From NCBI GenBank assembly GCA_963663225.1, contig OY760142.1, positions 3,191,002 through 3,255,001 on the forward strand: a stretch of DNA of 64,000 bases, given 5' to 3'. Position numbers and translations under genes: made by a program. Below, in pieces: positions 21,092 to 30,740 of the stretch. Source of the DNA: Nitrospirota bacterium. GTDB lineage: Bacteria; Nitrospirota; UBA9217. A model generated the notes under the pieces. It made no database searches and was not told the DNA's origin. It was given only the letters and a program-made list of their open reading frames with translations. The first letter of the stretch is position 1. Each line of letters starts with the position of its first letter.

Positions 21092-23074
21092 ATGCACGAA
21101 GGCGATCCCACCATACTGCGAGAACTTATTCTGCTGCTTGCGGTCTCGCTGCCAATAACCTATCTCTTCCACCGGGCAAAACTTCCCGCACTCGTCGGTT
21201 TCTTAATTACCGGCGCGCTGATCGGCCCCTATGGAGCGGCAATCATCACCGAAACCAGCGTGGTGGAGCGGCTCGCCGATATTGGTGTAGTGCTGCTCCT
21301 TTTTTCAGTCGGACTGGAATTTTCCATCGCGGATATTCTGAAATCGAGCCGTTCTTTCCTGATCGGCGGCGGCATGCAGGTGGCCTTGACCATTGCCGCA
21401 ATTACAGGAATAGCACTCCTGTTCAATTTTCCGCTTCCGCAATCCATTTTTTTCGGATTCCTCGCGGCCCTCAGCAGCACGGCCATCGTGCTTAAAATGT
21501 ACACTGACCGTAATGAACTGGACACCGCGCATGGCAGAATCGTCACCGGAATTCTTCTGTTTCAGGATATCGCCGTAGTTCCCATGATGTTGCTGCTGCC
21601 CGTACTGATCAATGCGAGCAGCGGCGGCATGATAACCCCTTTGTCGGTTCTGACGTCGCTGAGCAAGGCCGCCCTGGGGCTGATCGTCATTTATTTTGCC
21701 GCCAGACAGATCGTTCCCTTTCTCCTTTATCAGGTCATCAGGCTCAGAAATCGTGAAATCTTTTTCCTTCTGATCGTTCTACTCTGTCTCGGCACGGCAT
21801 GGATCACCTACAATCTCGGTCTTTCGCTCGCTTTGGGAGCATTTCTCGCAGGTCTCATCATTTCCGAGTCTGAATACAGCCATCACATCGTGGCCCAGAT
21901 CATCCCGTTTCGAGACTATTTTACGAGCATTTTCTTTATCTCGGTCGGCATGCTTCTGCATACTTCCTATTTTCAGCTTCACTGGCCGGTTCTTCTGCTC
22001 ATCGCTATCTTCCTTATTGTGCTGAAAACCATCCTCGTAATTCTTACCACGGCCGCGCTGCGGTATCCGCTCCGCACCTCTCTCCTGACAGGTCTCGGCC
22101 TTGCTCAGATCGGAGAGTTTTCCTTTCTTCTTGCGCAACAGGGCACTACCAGCGGTCTTATGGGTCCGGACATGTTTCAAATGTTCGTCAACGCCTCCAT
22201 TCTCAGCATGCTAGCCGCTCCTTTCCTTATCCAGCTGTCACCCTGGATCGCGGCCCGCATCACCGAGATTGCACCAGAACACGAGGAAAAAGACAAGGGG
22301 TGTTCGCTGACCGGCCACACAATTATCGCCGGGTACGGTTTGAACGGCAGAAACCTTGCCAAGACACTCAAATCAACAAAAATTCCCTACGTCGTATTGG
22401 AAGTGAACGCTGATGTTATCAGAAAAGCGCGGGAAGAAGGCGAACCGCTTATCTATGGCGATATTACTAAGCATGATGTACTGCAACGCGCCGGCATCGA
22501 ATGCGCAAAAATAATCGTATTTGCAATTTCCGACCACGCGGCGACACGAATTGCACTGAGGCTTGCGCGGCAGCTTAACCCCTCGATTTTCATTCTCATT
22601 CGCACACGGTATGCAGCAGACGTGGATGAACTCTATAAACTCGGCGCAAACCAGGTCATACCGGAAGAGTTCGAAACTTCCATAGAAATTTTTTCACGCG
22701 TGCTCCACGAATATCACATACCGGCAAATGTCATTGCCAACCAAATCCAGCTGGTACGATTCAGCGGATACAAAATGCTGCGGGGGATTTCACTGGACCA
22801 GGAGAACCTCGGACGCATCGCCGCCCTGTTCGCCGGGACCACGGTAGACAATATTCAGATTGAACAGGCTTCCTCCGCTTCCGGCAAATCTCTTCGGGAA
22901 CTCGATATCCGAAAACATACAGGTGCAACGGTTGTGGCCGTCGCAAGAAACGGCGAAGCAATCACGAACCCCGAACCGGGTTTTATATTACTCAGCGGCG
23001 ATATTGTGGTGCTTCTTGGTGCGCATGCTGATTTGGACAAAGCAACAAACCTTCTTGTCAAGGGCGGCAACTAA
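21092..23074 (+). CDS. CPA2 cation/H+ antiporter (KefB/KefC-like) with TrkA-N and TrkA-C domains
   Basis: Multiple TM helices, LSSTAIV, FQD, QIGEFSF, GYGLNG Rossmann motif, C-terminal RCK-C. Confidence 0.92.
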   Translation: MHEGDPTILRELILLLAVSLPITYLFHRAKLPALVGFLITGALIGPYGAAIITETSVVERLADIGVVLLLFSVGLEFSIADILKSSRSFLIGGGMQVALTIAAITGIALLFNFPLPQSIFFGFLAALSSTAIVLKMYTDRNELDTAHGRIVTGILLFQDIAVVPMMLLLPVLINASSGGMITPLSVLTSLSKAALGLIVIYFAARQIVPFLLYQVIRLRNREIFFLLIVLLCLGTAWITYNLGLSLALGAFLAGLIISESEYSHHIVAQIIPFRDYFTSIFFISVGMLLHTSYFQLHWPVLLLIAIFLIVLKTILVILTTAALRYPLRTSLLTGLGLAQIGEFSFLLAQQGTTSGLMGPDMFQMFVNASILSMLAAPFLIQLSPWIAARITEIAPEHEEKDKGCSLTGHTIIAGYGLNGRNLAKTLKSTKIPYVVLEVNADVIRKAREEGEPLIYGDITKHDVLQRAGIECAKIIVFAISDHAATRIALRLARQLNPSIFILIRTRYAADVDELYKLGANQVIPEEFETSIEIFSRVLHEYHIPANVIANQIQLVRFSGYKMLRGISLDQENLGRIAALFAGTTVDNIQIEQASSASGKSLRELDIRKHTGATVVAVARNGEAITNPEPGFILLSGDIVVLLGAHADLDKATNLLVKGGN

Positions 23075-23208
23075 TCCAGCAACGGTCCGAACAGGCAGAC
23101 GGAATGCATCATAATCTTGTTTTCAACACGGTCGATATCAGGTATAATACGATTTCTTTAAGATCGATTTTTTGGTTGCTCGTCGCTGCAGCTCTGAGAT
23201 TAAGATAT

Positions 23209-23307
23209 GGGAGAGGTTACGGTGCTGGTGCCCGTCCCGGACTTCAAATCCGCTGTTTCCCGGCTTCGGTCGGGAAAGGTGAGTTCGATTCTCATGCTCT
23301 CCCGCCA
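23209..23307 (+). tRNA. selC: tRNA-Sec (anticodon UCA)
   Basis: 99 nt. Acceptor GGGAGAG/CTCTCCC with G discriminator and CCA; TGGT D-loop; CGGA-CTTCAAA-TCCG anticodon arm; 9-bp variable arm with TTCG loop; GTGAG-TTCGATT-CTCAT T arm. Confidence 0.93.
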
Positions 23308-23371
23308 TAAAACTTAATAAAATCAATCATATTATACTTGAAAAGTGTAACCGTGGACGTACCGTATGGAA

Positions 23372-24130
23372 TTATTCAATCTTCCTTACCGTCCAGAAGT
23401 CTTCAGCGTAGTTATTATTTTCTATAAACTCATACGGCATCCAGAAGTACCCACCTTGTCCCCAATCTTCTCCCCATGAGTTACGGATAAGGAACATTCC
23501 TTTAATATCGTCGTAACCTACGGCTAGAACAGCGTGACCGCCTAACATGGATTCGCTTCTTTCCGGCATAGGCATAATACCAGTCTGAGAAACTTCGTTA
23601 GACTCGAAAGAATCAAATACAGAAAAACCGAATACAAACGGGTATCCGTCAGCTAAACAGTATTTCATGTTATAAAGTGATTCTTGATCGGTGTCTATTC
23701 TATGGTAAGAAATTACGTGATATTTCTCTCCTTCTTGATAAGCTTCTTGAGAAGGTTCCACGGCGAATTGGTCTATATCATAAGGCCAAGTTTTTTCAAG
23801 GCAAGCACCGTACTGAGCTATAACTTTCATTCCGGTTCTTATTTGTGCGCCGGAGTCCTCGTCTATGTTACCTTCCTTCTTCCGCTCGTTGTAATAAATA
23901 AAGAGCCTTGAAAAGTCCACGGATTTACCCAAGACACGCTTTTCAAGAAACTCCATTGCACTACCGATCGCGTTCGCCGTACAGCTTCCCAGGTCTCCTT
24001 GATTTTCAATCTGAGTACAGAATTTTCTTAGGTCAACTCTTGTAGGAAGGACTTTAGGTTCTTTACGAATAGCCTTAAATTTCTTATCCCGGAAATCGGG
24101 TATGTCTCTTTTCCATCCGTACTTTCTCAT
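23372..24130 (-). CDS. C1-family (papain-like) cysteine peptidase
   Basis: QGDLGSCTANA (Gln/Cys), SRLFIYYNER, GGHAV (His), IRNSWG (Asn). Confidence 0.92.
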   Translation of the reverse strand: MRKYGWKRDIPDFRDKKFKAIRKEPKVLPTRVDLRKFCTQIENQGDLGSCTANAIGSAMEFLEKRVLGKSVDFSRLFIYYNERKKEGNIDEDSGAQIRTGMKVIAQYGACLEKTWPYDIDQFAVEPSQEAYQEGEKYHVISYHRIDTDQESLYNMKYCLADGYPFVFGFSVFDSFESNEVSQTGIMPMPERSESMLGGHAVLAVGYDDIKGMFLIRNSWGEDWGQGGYFWMPYEFIENNNYAEDFWTVRKIE

Positions 24131-24264
24131 TCTTTTACCTCACAAGGAAACTGCTGGCAGCTCATCCTAGCTTTTACTTGGATATTCCAATCAAAGTAAA
24201 CTTTCTTAGGTGGGTCTGCGAAGTGTAAATTTAGTACAAATATTACGGAGAATGCCAACGTCAT
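24127..24264 (-). CDS. Small hypothetical protein, 45 aa (MTLAFSVIFVLNLHF...), absent from the ORF track
   Basis: Translated by hand; its TGA overlaps the ATG of the C1 peptidase. Confidence 0.35.
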   Translation of the reverse strand: MTLAFSVIFVLNLHFADPPKKVYFDWNIQVKARMSCQQFPCEVKE

Positions 24265-24862
24265 AATTAATTGGTTCCCATTGAAATTCTTCCCACAATA
24301 CTGAAGGTGAAATTCTTGTTATGTTCCACTTCTTAAAAATAGGTTCCCCTGCATACCTGTCCGTGTGCTTATAAATATCAGCGACGTAAGCAGAGCAGAA
24401 CCTTGCTCCGGGCCAATGTAAAGGTACGGGCCAGCGTCTAATAAAAGGGAAAATACCTTCAAGTGGTGTCAGAATATCCACCAGTTTTCCAAAAATTCCT
24501 GAATAGTCGTAAGGATTACCCAGGAGTGATACGCCGTACTTAAAACCTTGCTGGATCGCTGTCATGTCCACGCCGTTAGGTGTACGACGTATCACTAAAC
24601 AATGTTTATTATCGAAAAATTTACTTAGGTTAGATGGTACAATACCTTCTACTGTAGCCTCCAATCCCTTGCCTTCACCAACCACGTAAACAACGTGCCC
24701 CGGTTCCTTACCGTCTATCCCAACCAACTTACCAAAGCCTGTAGACTCTTCCATGCTCTCAAAAAATGAAATCCCATCTGAGAGCATAGAATCATCCGTG
24801 TGCATAAATAGAGCATCACCCGCTATGTAGTCAACTCCATACGTAGGTTGTTTGGATAACAA
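24206..24862 (-). CDS. Permuted papain-like amidase (YiiX/YaeF, C92-like)
   Basis: GD.LF, His (PGHV) preceding G.PYDY and Cys (FCSAYVA). Confidence 0.75.
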   Translation of the reverse strand: MLSKQPTYGVDYIAGDALFMHTDDSMLSDGISFFESMEESTGFGKLVGIDGKEPGHVVYVVGEGKGLEATVEGIVPSNLSKFFDNKHCLVIRRTPNGVDMTAIQQGFKYGVSLLGNPYDYSGIFGKLVDILTPLEGIFPFIRRWPVPLHWPGARFCSAYVADIYKHTDRYAGEPIFKKWNITRISPSVLWEEFQWEPINYDVGILRNICTKFTLRRPT

Positions 24863-24863
24863 T

Positions 24864-25046
24864 TTATACTCCTGTTACGTCAGAATCTTTTGCGAAAAGC
24901 AACCCAAAAGAAGTAAGGATTGCTATAATATTTGCCAAAGTATCACTAGTAAAATGAGTGATATCAAGTACCTGAGTAGCAGCCAAAACAGCACCCACTA
25001 CACCAACAACCGTCGTTTTCCAGTTTTTAATTATTAATGACCACAT
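24864..25046 (-). CDS. Putative holin
   Basis: 60 aa, NWKTT motif, two TM helices, GLLFAKD C-terminus, located in the lysis cassette. Confidence 0.7.
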   Translation of the reverse strand: MWSLIIKNWKTTVVGVVGAVLAATQVLDITHFTSDTLANIIAILTSFGLLFAKDSDVTGV

Positions 25047-25054
25047 ATTTCCTC

Positions 25055-25480
25055 CTAGACCGCCGTCCCACCGGCAGCGTTATTTACTATGATCGCCAAA
25101 GCGCGAAGCTCAGTCAGTTTTGCAAGCTCATCCGTTACGCCGTCAGTATTGAAAATCTCAAGAATCTTGTCCTGATACGCAAACAGCAAAGCCGTAATAG
25201 CCGCTTGTTCTGCAAGCGTAAGTCCGGAAGTCTTGATATAAGACTCAACCAACGTGACTAGCGTAGTCGTATCAGGAATAAGTTTTCCGTCAATACCGTC
25301 AACAACCTTCTGTGAAATTTCCTGTACTGGTTCTGCGTATTCAGGATGAAGAACCAAAGCCGTCTTAATTGCTACTTTCATCAATTCCTGTACTTTCGGC
25401 ATATTCAGAACATCGGTAATATGCAAATACTCCAAAATCTTGTTAAACAAATCAATGATAATCCCTAGAACCTTGCTCAT
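25055..25480 (-). CDS. Hypothetical lysis-cassette protein
   Basis: Coupled to the upstream gene; amphipathic helical sequence. Confidence 0.6.
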   Translation of the reverse strand: MSKVLGIIIDLFNKILEYLHITDVLNMPKVQELMKVAIKTALVLHPEYAEPVQEISQKVVDGIDGKLIPDTTTLVTLVESYIKTSGLTLAEQAAITALLFAYQDKILEIFNTDGVTDELAKLTELRALAIIVNNAAGGTAV

Positions 25481-25857
25481 ACTCCATTCCTCCGTATAGT
25501 TAAATTAAATTCTTTTACTCCACTCAATCGGTGCATCAACAATCTAAAAGCTTTTTCTGAATTACTTATTGATTTATCACCTCCAAATTCTGTCCCGACC
25601 AAAATACAACCCAACGTGTCTTTAGGATAATTTCCTATATGTATCTGTACATCTGTCCTATCTGGTACGTCCTGTAATTCATAACAGATACCGTGTTTAG
25701 GAGAATTTACTAACTTGCCTTTATAAGTACCTTCAGGAATGCAGGAGATGTTTTCTTTATTGTCTTTCCAAGGAAGCTCTAGAGTAACAAGAAAAGGCAC
25801 CACATCAGCAAGCACTCCAAAAGTACAATCATTCGCATACCAACGAGTGAGAATCAT
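25477..25857 (-). CDS. DUF5675 family protein (probable endolysin)
   Basis: T.G.L, TLELPW.DN...SCIP.G.Y, VP.R....IH.GN...DT.GCILVG. ATG 25857 overlaps the upstream TGA. Confidence 0.8.
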   Translation of the reverse strand: MILTRWYANDCTFGVLADVVPFLVTLELPWKDNKENISCIPEGTYKGKLVNSPKHGICYELQDVPDRTDVQIHIGNYPKDTLGCILVGTEFGGDKSISNSEKAFRLLMHRLSGVKEFNLTIRRNGV

Positions 25858-26093
25858 TTCCCAAATAATCCCTTTACCCAGGTTGCCGCGCCCCATACTA
25901 TCAAAGTAAGAACGGCTACAATTATTGAACCAACAGCGGTCTTTGTCGCGGTTGAAGTAATTCTGTCTCTGGTAATTCTCAAATCCTTAATGAAGCAATG
26001 ATCCTGATAATGCTGTTCTCTTTCTACATAGAAAGACTTCATTTCATTTCTCATTACTTCTTGAATTGCCAATTGCAGTTCTTCTTTGGTCAT
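25854..26093 (-). CDS. Small membrane protein (coiled region plus C-terminal TM), lysis region
   Basis: MTKEELQ start after a GAAGGA SD; C-terminal hydrophobic helix. Confidence 0.6.
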   Translation of the reverse strand: MTKEELQLAIQEVMRNEMKSFYVEREQHYQDHCFIKDLRITRDRITSTATKTAVGSIIVAVLTLIVWGAATWVKGLFGK

Positions 26094-26095
26094 GG

Positions 26096-26245
26096 TTAAT
26101 CCTTCTTGGTGGTTAATTGCGGGCAGTAGCATGGATTAAACCATGTAAGATTTATTCCATTCCAGTAGCAATATCCGCATATACAGTGATAATGATTAAG
26201 TCCGGCCTGTTGCTCAAGTTCACGATTACACTTAGGGCAGTTCAT
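26096..26245 (-). CDS. Cys-rich 49-aa Zn-ribbon-like peptide, absent from the ORF track
   Basis: MNCPKCNRELEQQAGLNHYHCICGYCYWNGINLTWFNPCYCPQLTTKKD; ATGA overlap with the ATP-grasp stop; exactly fills the gap between genes. Confidence 0.6.
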   Translation of the reverse strand: MNCPKCNRELEQQAGLNHYHCICGYCYWNGINLTWFNPCYCPQLTTKKD

Positions 26246-27504
26246 TTAAAATCAATACCTACCGACTTGGCTTTTTCAATATATTCTTTGGTAGTCTCGA
26301 AACAATGCTCATCATATTCTATGGAATCTGCCGATACAGATTCAGCGTTCTTTAAGGCCATGCCTTCAGCTTCTTCTAGCGTCTTTCCTATTCCCACGGC
26401 AGAACCTACTATATCCCACCCTTCCTGTGGTATGTATTTCCATGAATTATTTATCCGACAAAGATTCTGAAATTTAAGATACGGATATGCGCTTTCAGGA
26501 AATTCTATAACAGTAGGTTCCTTTTCTGCCCAAGTAGAAGTCAGGTTTATTTCGCATACATAAGGCGCTACCCATTCAAGATTGATTTTCTTTCCTGTAG
26601 CTATGGCGTAAACGGCCTGATTGAAATTCTTACAGTTTACCGTTATAGAAGCAGACGGAGGCATACCAGCCCTCATCGTAGCGTCATTCCAGTAAGGTTT
26701 TTTGTCTTTAGCGGTTCTTACTTCAGTTGAAAACATTCCGCGAGGCTTAGTCTTTTTGTAAAAAGGAATGGACTTTAACAAGACTTCCCTGATTGGCTTT
26801 GGCAGGTTGTTTGTTTTCTCAACTTTCGCCGTATATGACTTCCCTTTTTTCTCAAATCCCCAAAGGCAGGTATCGAAATAACCTTGATCCGAAATAAAAT
26901 GATCCGATCCTGCCTCTTCAGCTTCTATGGTTTCTTCTATAACACCCTCTATCCGAGAAGCGTAAGCCCCTGCTTTATAGTAAAGATAGTTAAGTCGGCT
27001 TTCCGACTGAGTGTAATTTACATGCTGAAAAGTTTCTGTTAGTCCTCGAAATCTTGAAATCTTCACAAATCTCTTTTCGTTTTTTCTTAAAAACTCATCG
27101 AGTGCATCTAAACCGTAAAAAGGTTCATAGGGAATTACCGGAAGATTCATTTTCTTTAATTCTTCCTTAAACCGTATACGGTCTACTTCTAGGATTTCAG
27201 AATTACCCATTGAGAATACGTTGTATCCTTGGTTTCGGAGTTCTATAGCCATATCTCCGTCACCTACATCAAAAAAGCATATCAAGTCTCTCTTAGGGTC
27301 TAATTCTTTCTTGGCTGACCAGAAATCATAGATATTATTTACTCCTGGTAGACCTTCCCCGATCATGGCCTTGTCAACTCTCGGTAATGAACCTTTGTAT
27401 GGAGTGTAATAATTTACCTGCTTAAAATCTTCAGCAAGCTTTTGAGCGATAAAAGAAAACGGCCCATTGTCCCACATTAATACATTGATATTAGAAAGCT
27501 TCAT
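26242..27504 (-). CDS. Phage ATP-grasp protein (PurD/GAR synthetase-like fold)
   Basis: Pre-ATP-grasp Rossmannoid N-terminus, LE.DR...K, FVK, EE.I...E, D.T.R.G.P, C-terminal G.TLEEA...A domain. Confidence 0.7.
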   Translation of the reverse strand: MKLSNINVLMWDNGPFSFIAQKLAEDFKQVNYYTPYKGSLPRVDKAMIGEGLPGVNNIYDFWSAKKELDPKRDLICFFDVGDGDMAIELRNQGYNVFSMGNSEILEVDRIRFKEELKKMNLPVIPYEPFYGLDALDEFLRKNEKRFVKISRFRGLTETFQHVNYTQSESRLNYLYYKAGAYASRIEGVIEETIEAEEAGSDHFISDQGYFDTCLWGFEKKGKSYTAKVEKTNNLPKPIREVLLKSIPFYKKTKPRGMFSTEVRTAKDKKPYWNDATMRAGMPPSASITVNCKNFNQAVYAIATGKKINLEWVAPYVCEINLTSTWAEKEPTVIEFPESAYPYLKFQNLCRINNSWKYIPQEGWDIVGSAVGIGKTLEEAEGMALKNAESVSADSIEYDEHCFETTKEYIEKAKSVGIDFK

Positions 27505-27505
27505 A

Positions 27506-29290
27506 TTATTGATTGTTCCCCATTACTTCATTGAGACCAGTCCCAAGTGCCCTGGGAGCAATTTGGATTGATTTGTCTAAAAGCTTTTGCATACCTGGGC
27601 TGTCAACTTCCATTTTGGAGGCTGACATGGCTATCTGCTTACCGGCCTTCGTAGTGGTTAAGAATTTAGCTAACAATGCAGAGGAAACTATTGTGCCGGC
27701 GGTAGTGGCCGTTTCCATTGGGTGCGTCATCATGCCAGCTGCGGATGCCACCATTCCTCCCTGTAGCGTTAATTCCGCTGCCCTTGCTCCGGTTGGCGGA
27801 TTTTCCTTAAACTGACCTGCGCGTTTTACTCTCTCCATAAGCGATGCAATTCCAGTTAAATGGCTTACCTCTTCATCAGAGAAAAGTCGGTTCTTCTTTT
27901 TAACATTTTCTTCATAAATCATGTTTTTTAGAGAGGTAGCAAATTTCTGAGGACTAAACAAACCCATTTCACCAGCCCCCTTTACGCCACTGGCCTTATC
28001 GTATGCCTCCTGCACCTTTTCATACTTTACGTTGTATCGTTTATATGATTCATTAGCTACTTTCAGCTTATCGCTTATGTTGGATAGTGATTTTTCACTT
28101 AACTTGTCTATATCCGAATCAACCGCGTGTTTGAGACTCCCCAGGACACCAACGGCCTCAATATTTCCTTGAGCGCGGGCGGTTTCTTTGGCTACCCCTA
28201 GACCTTTTCGGAGCGTCCACAGATCATCAAAAGTAATATTTCCTATTTCCTTTGGAGGCTGTTTAAATTTGCTCGTATCATAGAGCAGATTTTTAACGAT
28301 TGACTTCGTTTTCGTATCCTGCATTGACTCGAAAATAGAGGGGTATCGTTCTACTAATTCCTTTGCAGCTTTATGGGTGTCCTGCGCTTTCGTGGTTACA
28401 TTAATTCTCTCTGCTTCTTTCTGAACACCATGATAAAGACTGTCAACAAATTCTTTATTTCCCCAAAAGTTTGGTTTGCTAGGATTGGCAATATACTGAC
28501 CTAACGTATGTTTGGCTGACTCGTCTGCGGCCTTATATTGCGTCTCCCTGAATTTACTAATCCCCAAAGACCCTGGCAACTTCTCTAAAGTTGTTTCAAG
28601 CCGCTGAAGATTTGGGGCGTTTAGTTCTTCGCCAAGAGTCAAGGGTATGCCTTCTTTATCTGCCAGATTTCCAATGGCTGATTTTGTAGCCGGTTTAGAA
28701 ATAGCATTTACGGTTTTACCCAAACCGGACAATGCCAACGATCCCCCAGAACCTAAGGCGCCACCTAGGGCAGCATTTAAAGCCCTGTTATCTCCTTCTC
28801 CGGTAAATCTGCTTGCCCCCAATGCCGCCTGAGAAACTCCCGCTGTCAATGCTCTTTTGGCGACTCCACCCGCAATACCACCAGGCACTAATGCCGTAGG
28901 AAGTGTTTCCCCTAAAAACTCACCGGCACTTGCAGCCATGCTGTTAGCTTTTAAGGGTTTCATCATGCTTCTAGCTTCTTCACCCTCGCTAGTAATTCGC
29001 TTTACCGTTTCTGGATTAACCAAGCCAAGCTTTTCTCCTAATATGGACCCGGTTTGTTCAATACCCTTCCCGAAATCATAGAGGCCAGCACCAACTCCTG
29101 TCAGAAACTTTTCCGTACCGGACATTTTCTGTATTTCCGGTTCCATCACATCATCTCTGGTTACTTTTTTTGCGTTTGGTTTTCTGGTTCTAGAAGAAAA
29201 TATCTCTTTCATCTCATCATCAGTAGGAGGACGATCTGCGCTAATAGTCAAGCTTTCGCCTTCAGGACTTGTGATCTTATACTTAGGCAT
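27506..29290 (-). CDS. Internal virion/DNA ejection protein
   Basis: MPKYKITSPEG N-terminus, Gly/Ala-rich hydrophobic stretches, position after the nozzle gene. Confidence 0.65.
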   Translation of the reverse strand: MPKYKITSPEGESLTISADRPPTDDEMKEIFSSRTRKPNAKKVTRDDVMEPEIQKMSGTEKFLTGVGAGLYDFGKGIEQTGSILGEKLGLVNPETVKRITSEGEEARSMMKPLKANSMAASAGEFLGETLPTALVPGGIAGGVAKRALTAGVSQAALGASRFTGEGDNRALNAALGGALGSGGSLALSGLGKTVNAISKPATKSAIGNLADKEGIPLTLGEELNAPNLQRLETTLEKLPGSLGISKFRETQYKAADESAKHTLGQYIANPSKPNFWGNKEFVDSLYHGVQKEAERINVTTKAQDTHKAAKELVERYPSIFESMQDTKTKSIVKNLLYDTSKFKQPPKEIGNITFDDLWTLRKGLGVAKETARAQGNIEAVGVLGSLKHAVDSDIDKLSEKSLSNISDKLKVANESYKRYNVKYEKVQEAYDKASGVKGAGEMGLFSPQKFATSLKNMIYEENVKKKNRLFSDEEVSHLTGIASLMERVKRAGQFKENPPTGARAAELTLQGGMVASAAGMMTHPMETATTAGTIVSSALLAKFLTTTKAGKQIAMSASKMEVDSPGMQKLLDKSIQIAPRALGTGLNEVMGNNQ

Positions 29291-29294
29291 TTAC

Positions 29295-30740
29295 TTACTC
29301 CACCACTTGATATGAGTATCCGGTAGCAGTTGCGCTCGTATTCCCTTTTTTCATTCTTTGTTTCGTGCTTTCAATTTCCTTGTCTGCGCTCTTAATTCTC
29401 ATGCTTGCCATTTGCTTTGTTTCATCAAGAATCTTGACAAGTTCTTTTAATGAAAGGTTTGGATCGTGTATTTTGTTCCACCGATCCTGAGCTCCGACCG
29501 AAAGTTCTGCAATAGATGCCTGTGATCCCGTGGAAAGCTTCGCAATTTCGTTTGAAATTTCTGTCAAGTAAGCTTCAATAACCCGCTCTTGACCGCTACC
29601 CGCAGCCCTTACCTTCAGTTCTCTTAACGGCTTATCGAGTCCTCGAATACCTATTCTCTGGATGTCTTTGTATATCTCGTTGACCCTATCAATCTGCTGA
29701 TTCAGATTATTAACAAAGCCACCCATCATGCCGCGTGATCTTTCCTGATTTGCAAGAGACTTTGATAATGCCTTGAATGTTTCCGCGTCTGTTTTGGCTT
29801 CAGCTCCCGAAATGCCCTGGTTCTTAGCCCAATCAGCATATTCCTGTGAAAATTGCGTTCTACTGTCCTTATCTCCCCACGCAAAAGGCGGTAGTTCTCC
29901 AGTTTCTTTTCTATTCTTAAACCACCATTCTTTTTGGTATTTAGACCATTGACCAAACGGGGTGTGACCTTGGTTCTTCGCATCAGCCGTTGCTTTTGCT
30001 TGCTTTACTTTTTCATCTTGTTTTCTCTGTAGTATGTTATTTGCCAACTTTTTTACTTCAGGGTCTACGTCACCGCTCTCTGCCAAAGCGTATAACTGAT
30101 TATCCGTAATATTCTTATCACCTAACATCATAAGCCCCTGTTGCTTTTTAAGCTGTCTATACATCATGTCTGCCTGTTGACGATTTTGTAAAAGCGGGGC
30201 CATTTCTTTTTGTGTTTTTTGTATGTCTTCTTGAAGTTTTTGAATCTTTTCATTGTCCGGGCCAGGTTTTAAATCCTTTAGCTTATCCTGTAGTCCTTGT
30301 AGTTTTTCATTATAATTTCTTGTCTGCTCTACCATGCCATCTTTGAATTTGCTAACTACCGTCATTGCTTCTTGTGGTTTCTCTGAATAATATTTAAGTG
30401 TTTCTTGCATTTCTCGCGGTGTAATTTCCGTCTTGTCTTTATCCCAACCCGCAATTGACGAATAATGCTGCATAAAGTCTTTAATGAGGGGATGGGATTC
30501 CATTACCTTCTCGATAGGCATAGATTTATCGAGCTTCTGTTGGCGCTCCTTTTCTCTCTCTGCATCCATAAGAGTATTGTCAGTAATGGCCTTACTTACT
30601 TTAGCCTGATCCTGTAAAATACTTGTTTGGGCTTCTAATGCAGGTCTGTTGCGTTCATCCCTTGCCATTTGCAAGAGATTACCCATAGTAGAATTTAATC
30701 CAGAACCTACGCCACTCGCGATGTCAAGTGCTTGAGCCAT
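29295..30740 (-). CDS. Internal virion/DNA ejection protein (coiled-coil)
   Basis: Gly-rich N-terminus, Q/K/E-rich helical body, synteny. Confidence 0.6.
   Translation of the reverse strand: MAQALDIASGVGSGLNSTMGNLLQMARDERNRPALEAQTSILQDQAKVSKAITDNTLMDAEREKERQQKLDKSMPIEKVMESHPLIKDFMQHYSSIAGWDKDKTEITPREMQETLKYYSEKPQEAMTVVSKFKDGMVEQTRNYNEKLQGLQDKLKDLKPGPDNEKIQKLQEDIQKTQKEMAPLLQNRQQADMMYRQLKKQQGLMMLGDKNITDNQLYALAESGDVDPEVKKLANNILQRKQDEKVKQAKATADAKNQGHTPFGQWSKYQKEWWFKNRKETGELPPFAWGDKDSRTQFSQEYADWAKNQGISGAEAKTDAETFKALSKSLANQERSRGMMGGFVNNLNQQIDRVNEIYKDIQRIGIRGLDKPLRELKVRAAGSGQERVIEAYLTEISNEIAKLSTGSQASIAELSVGAQDRWNKIHDPNLSLKELVKILDETKQMASMRIKSADKEIESTKQRMKKGNTSATATGYSYQVVE

Noticed and set aside
23104-23326. 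ORFs 23104-23310 and 23138-23326
   Set aside because: They overlap tRNA-Sec and are translation artefacts.
23311-23340. IHF site at the att junction
   Set aside because: AATCAA is present but the TTR is one base off consensus spacing; too weak to call.
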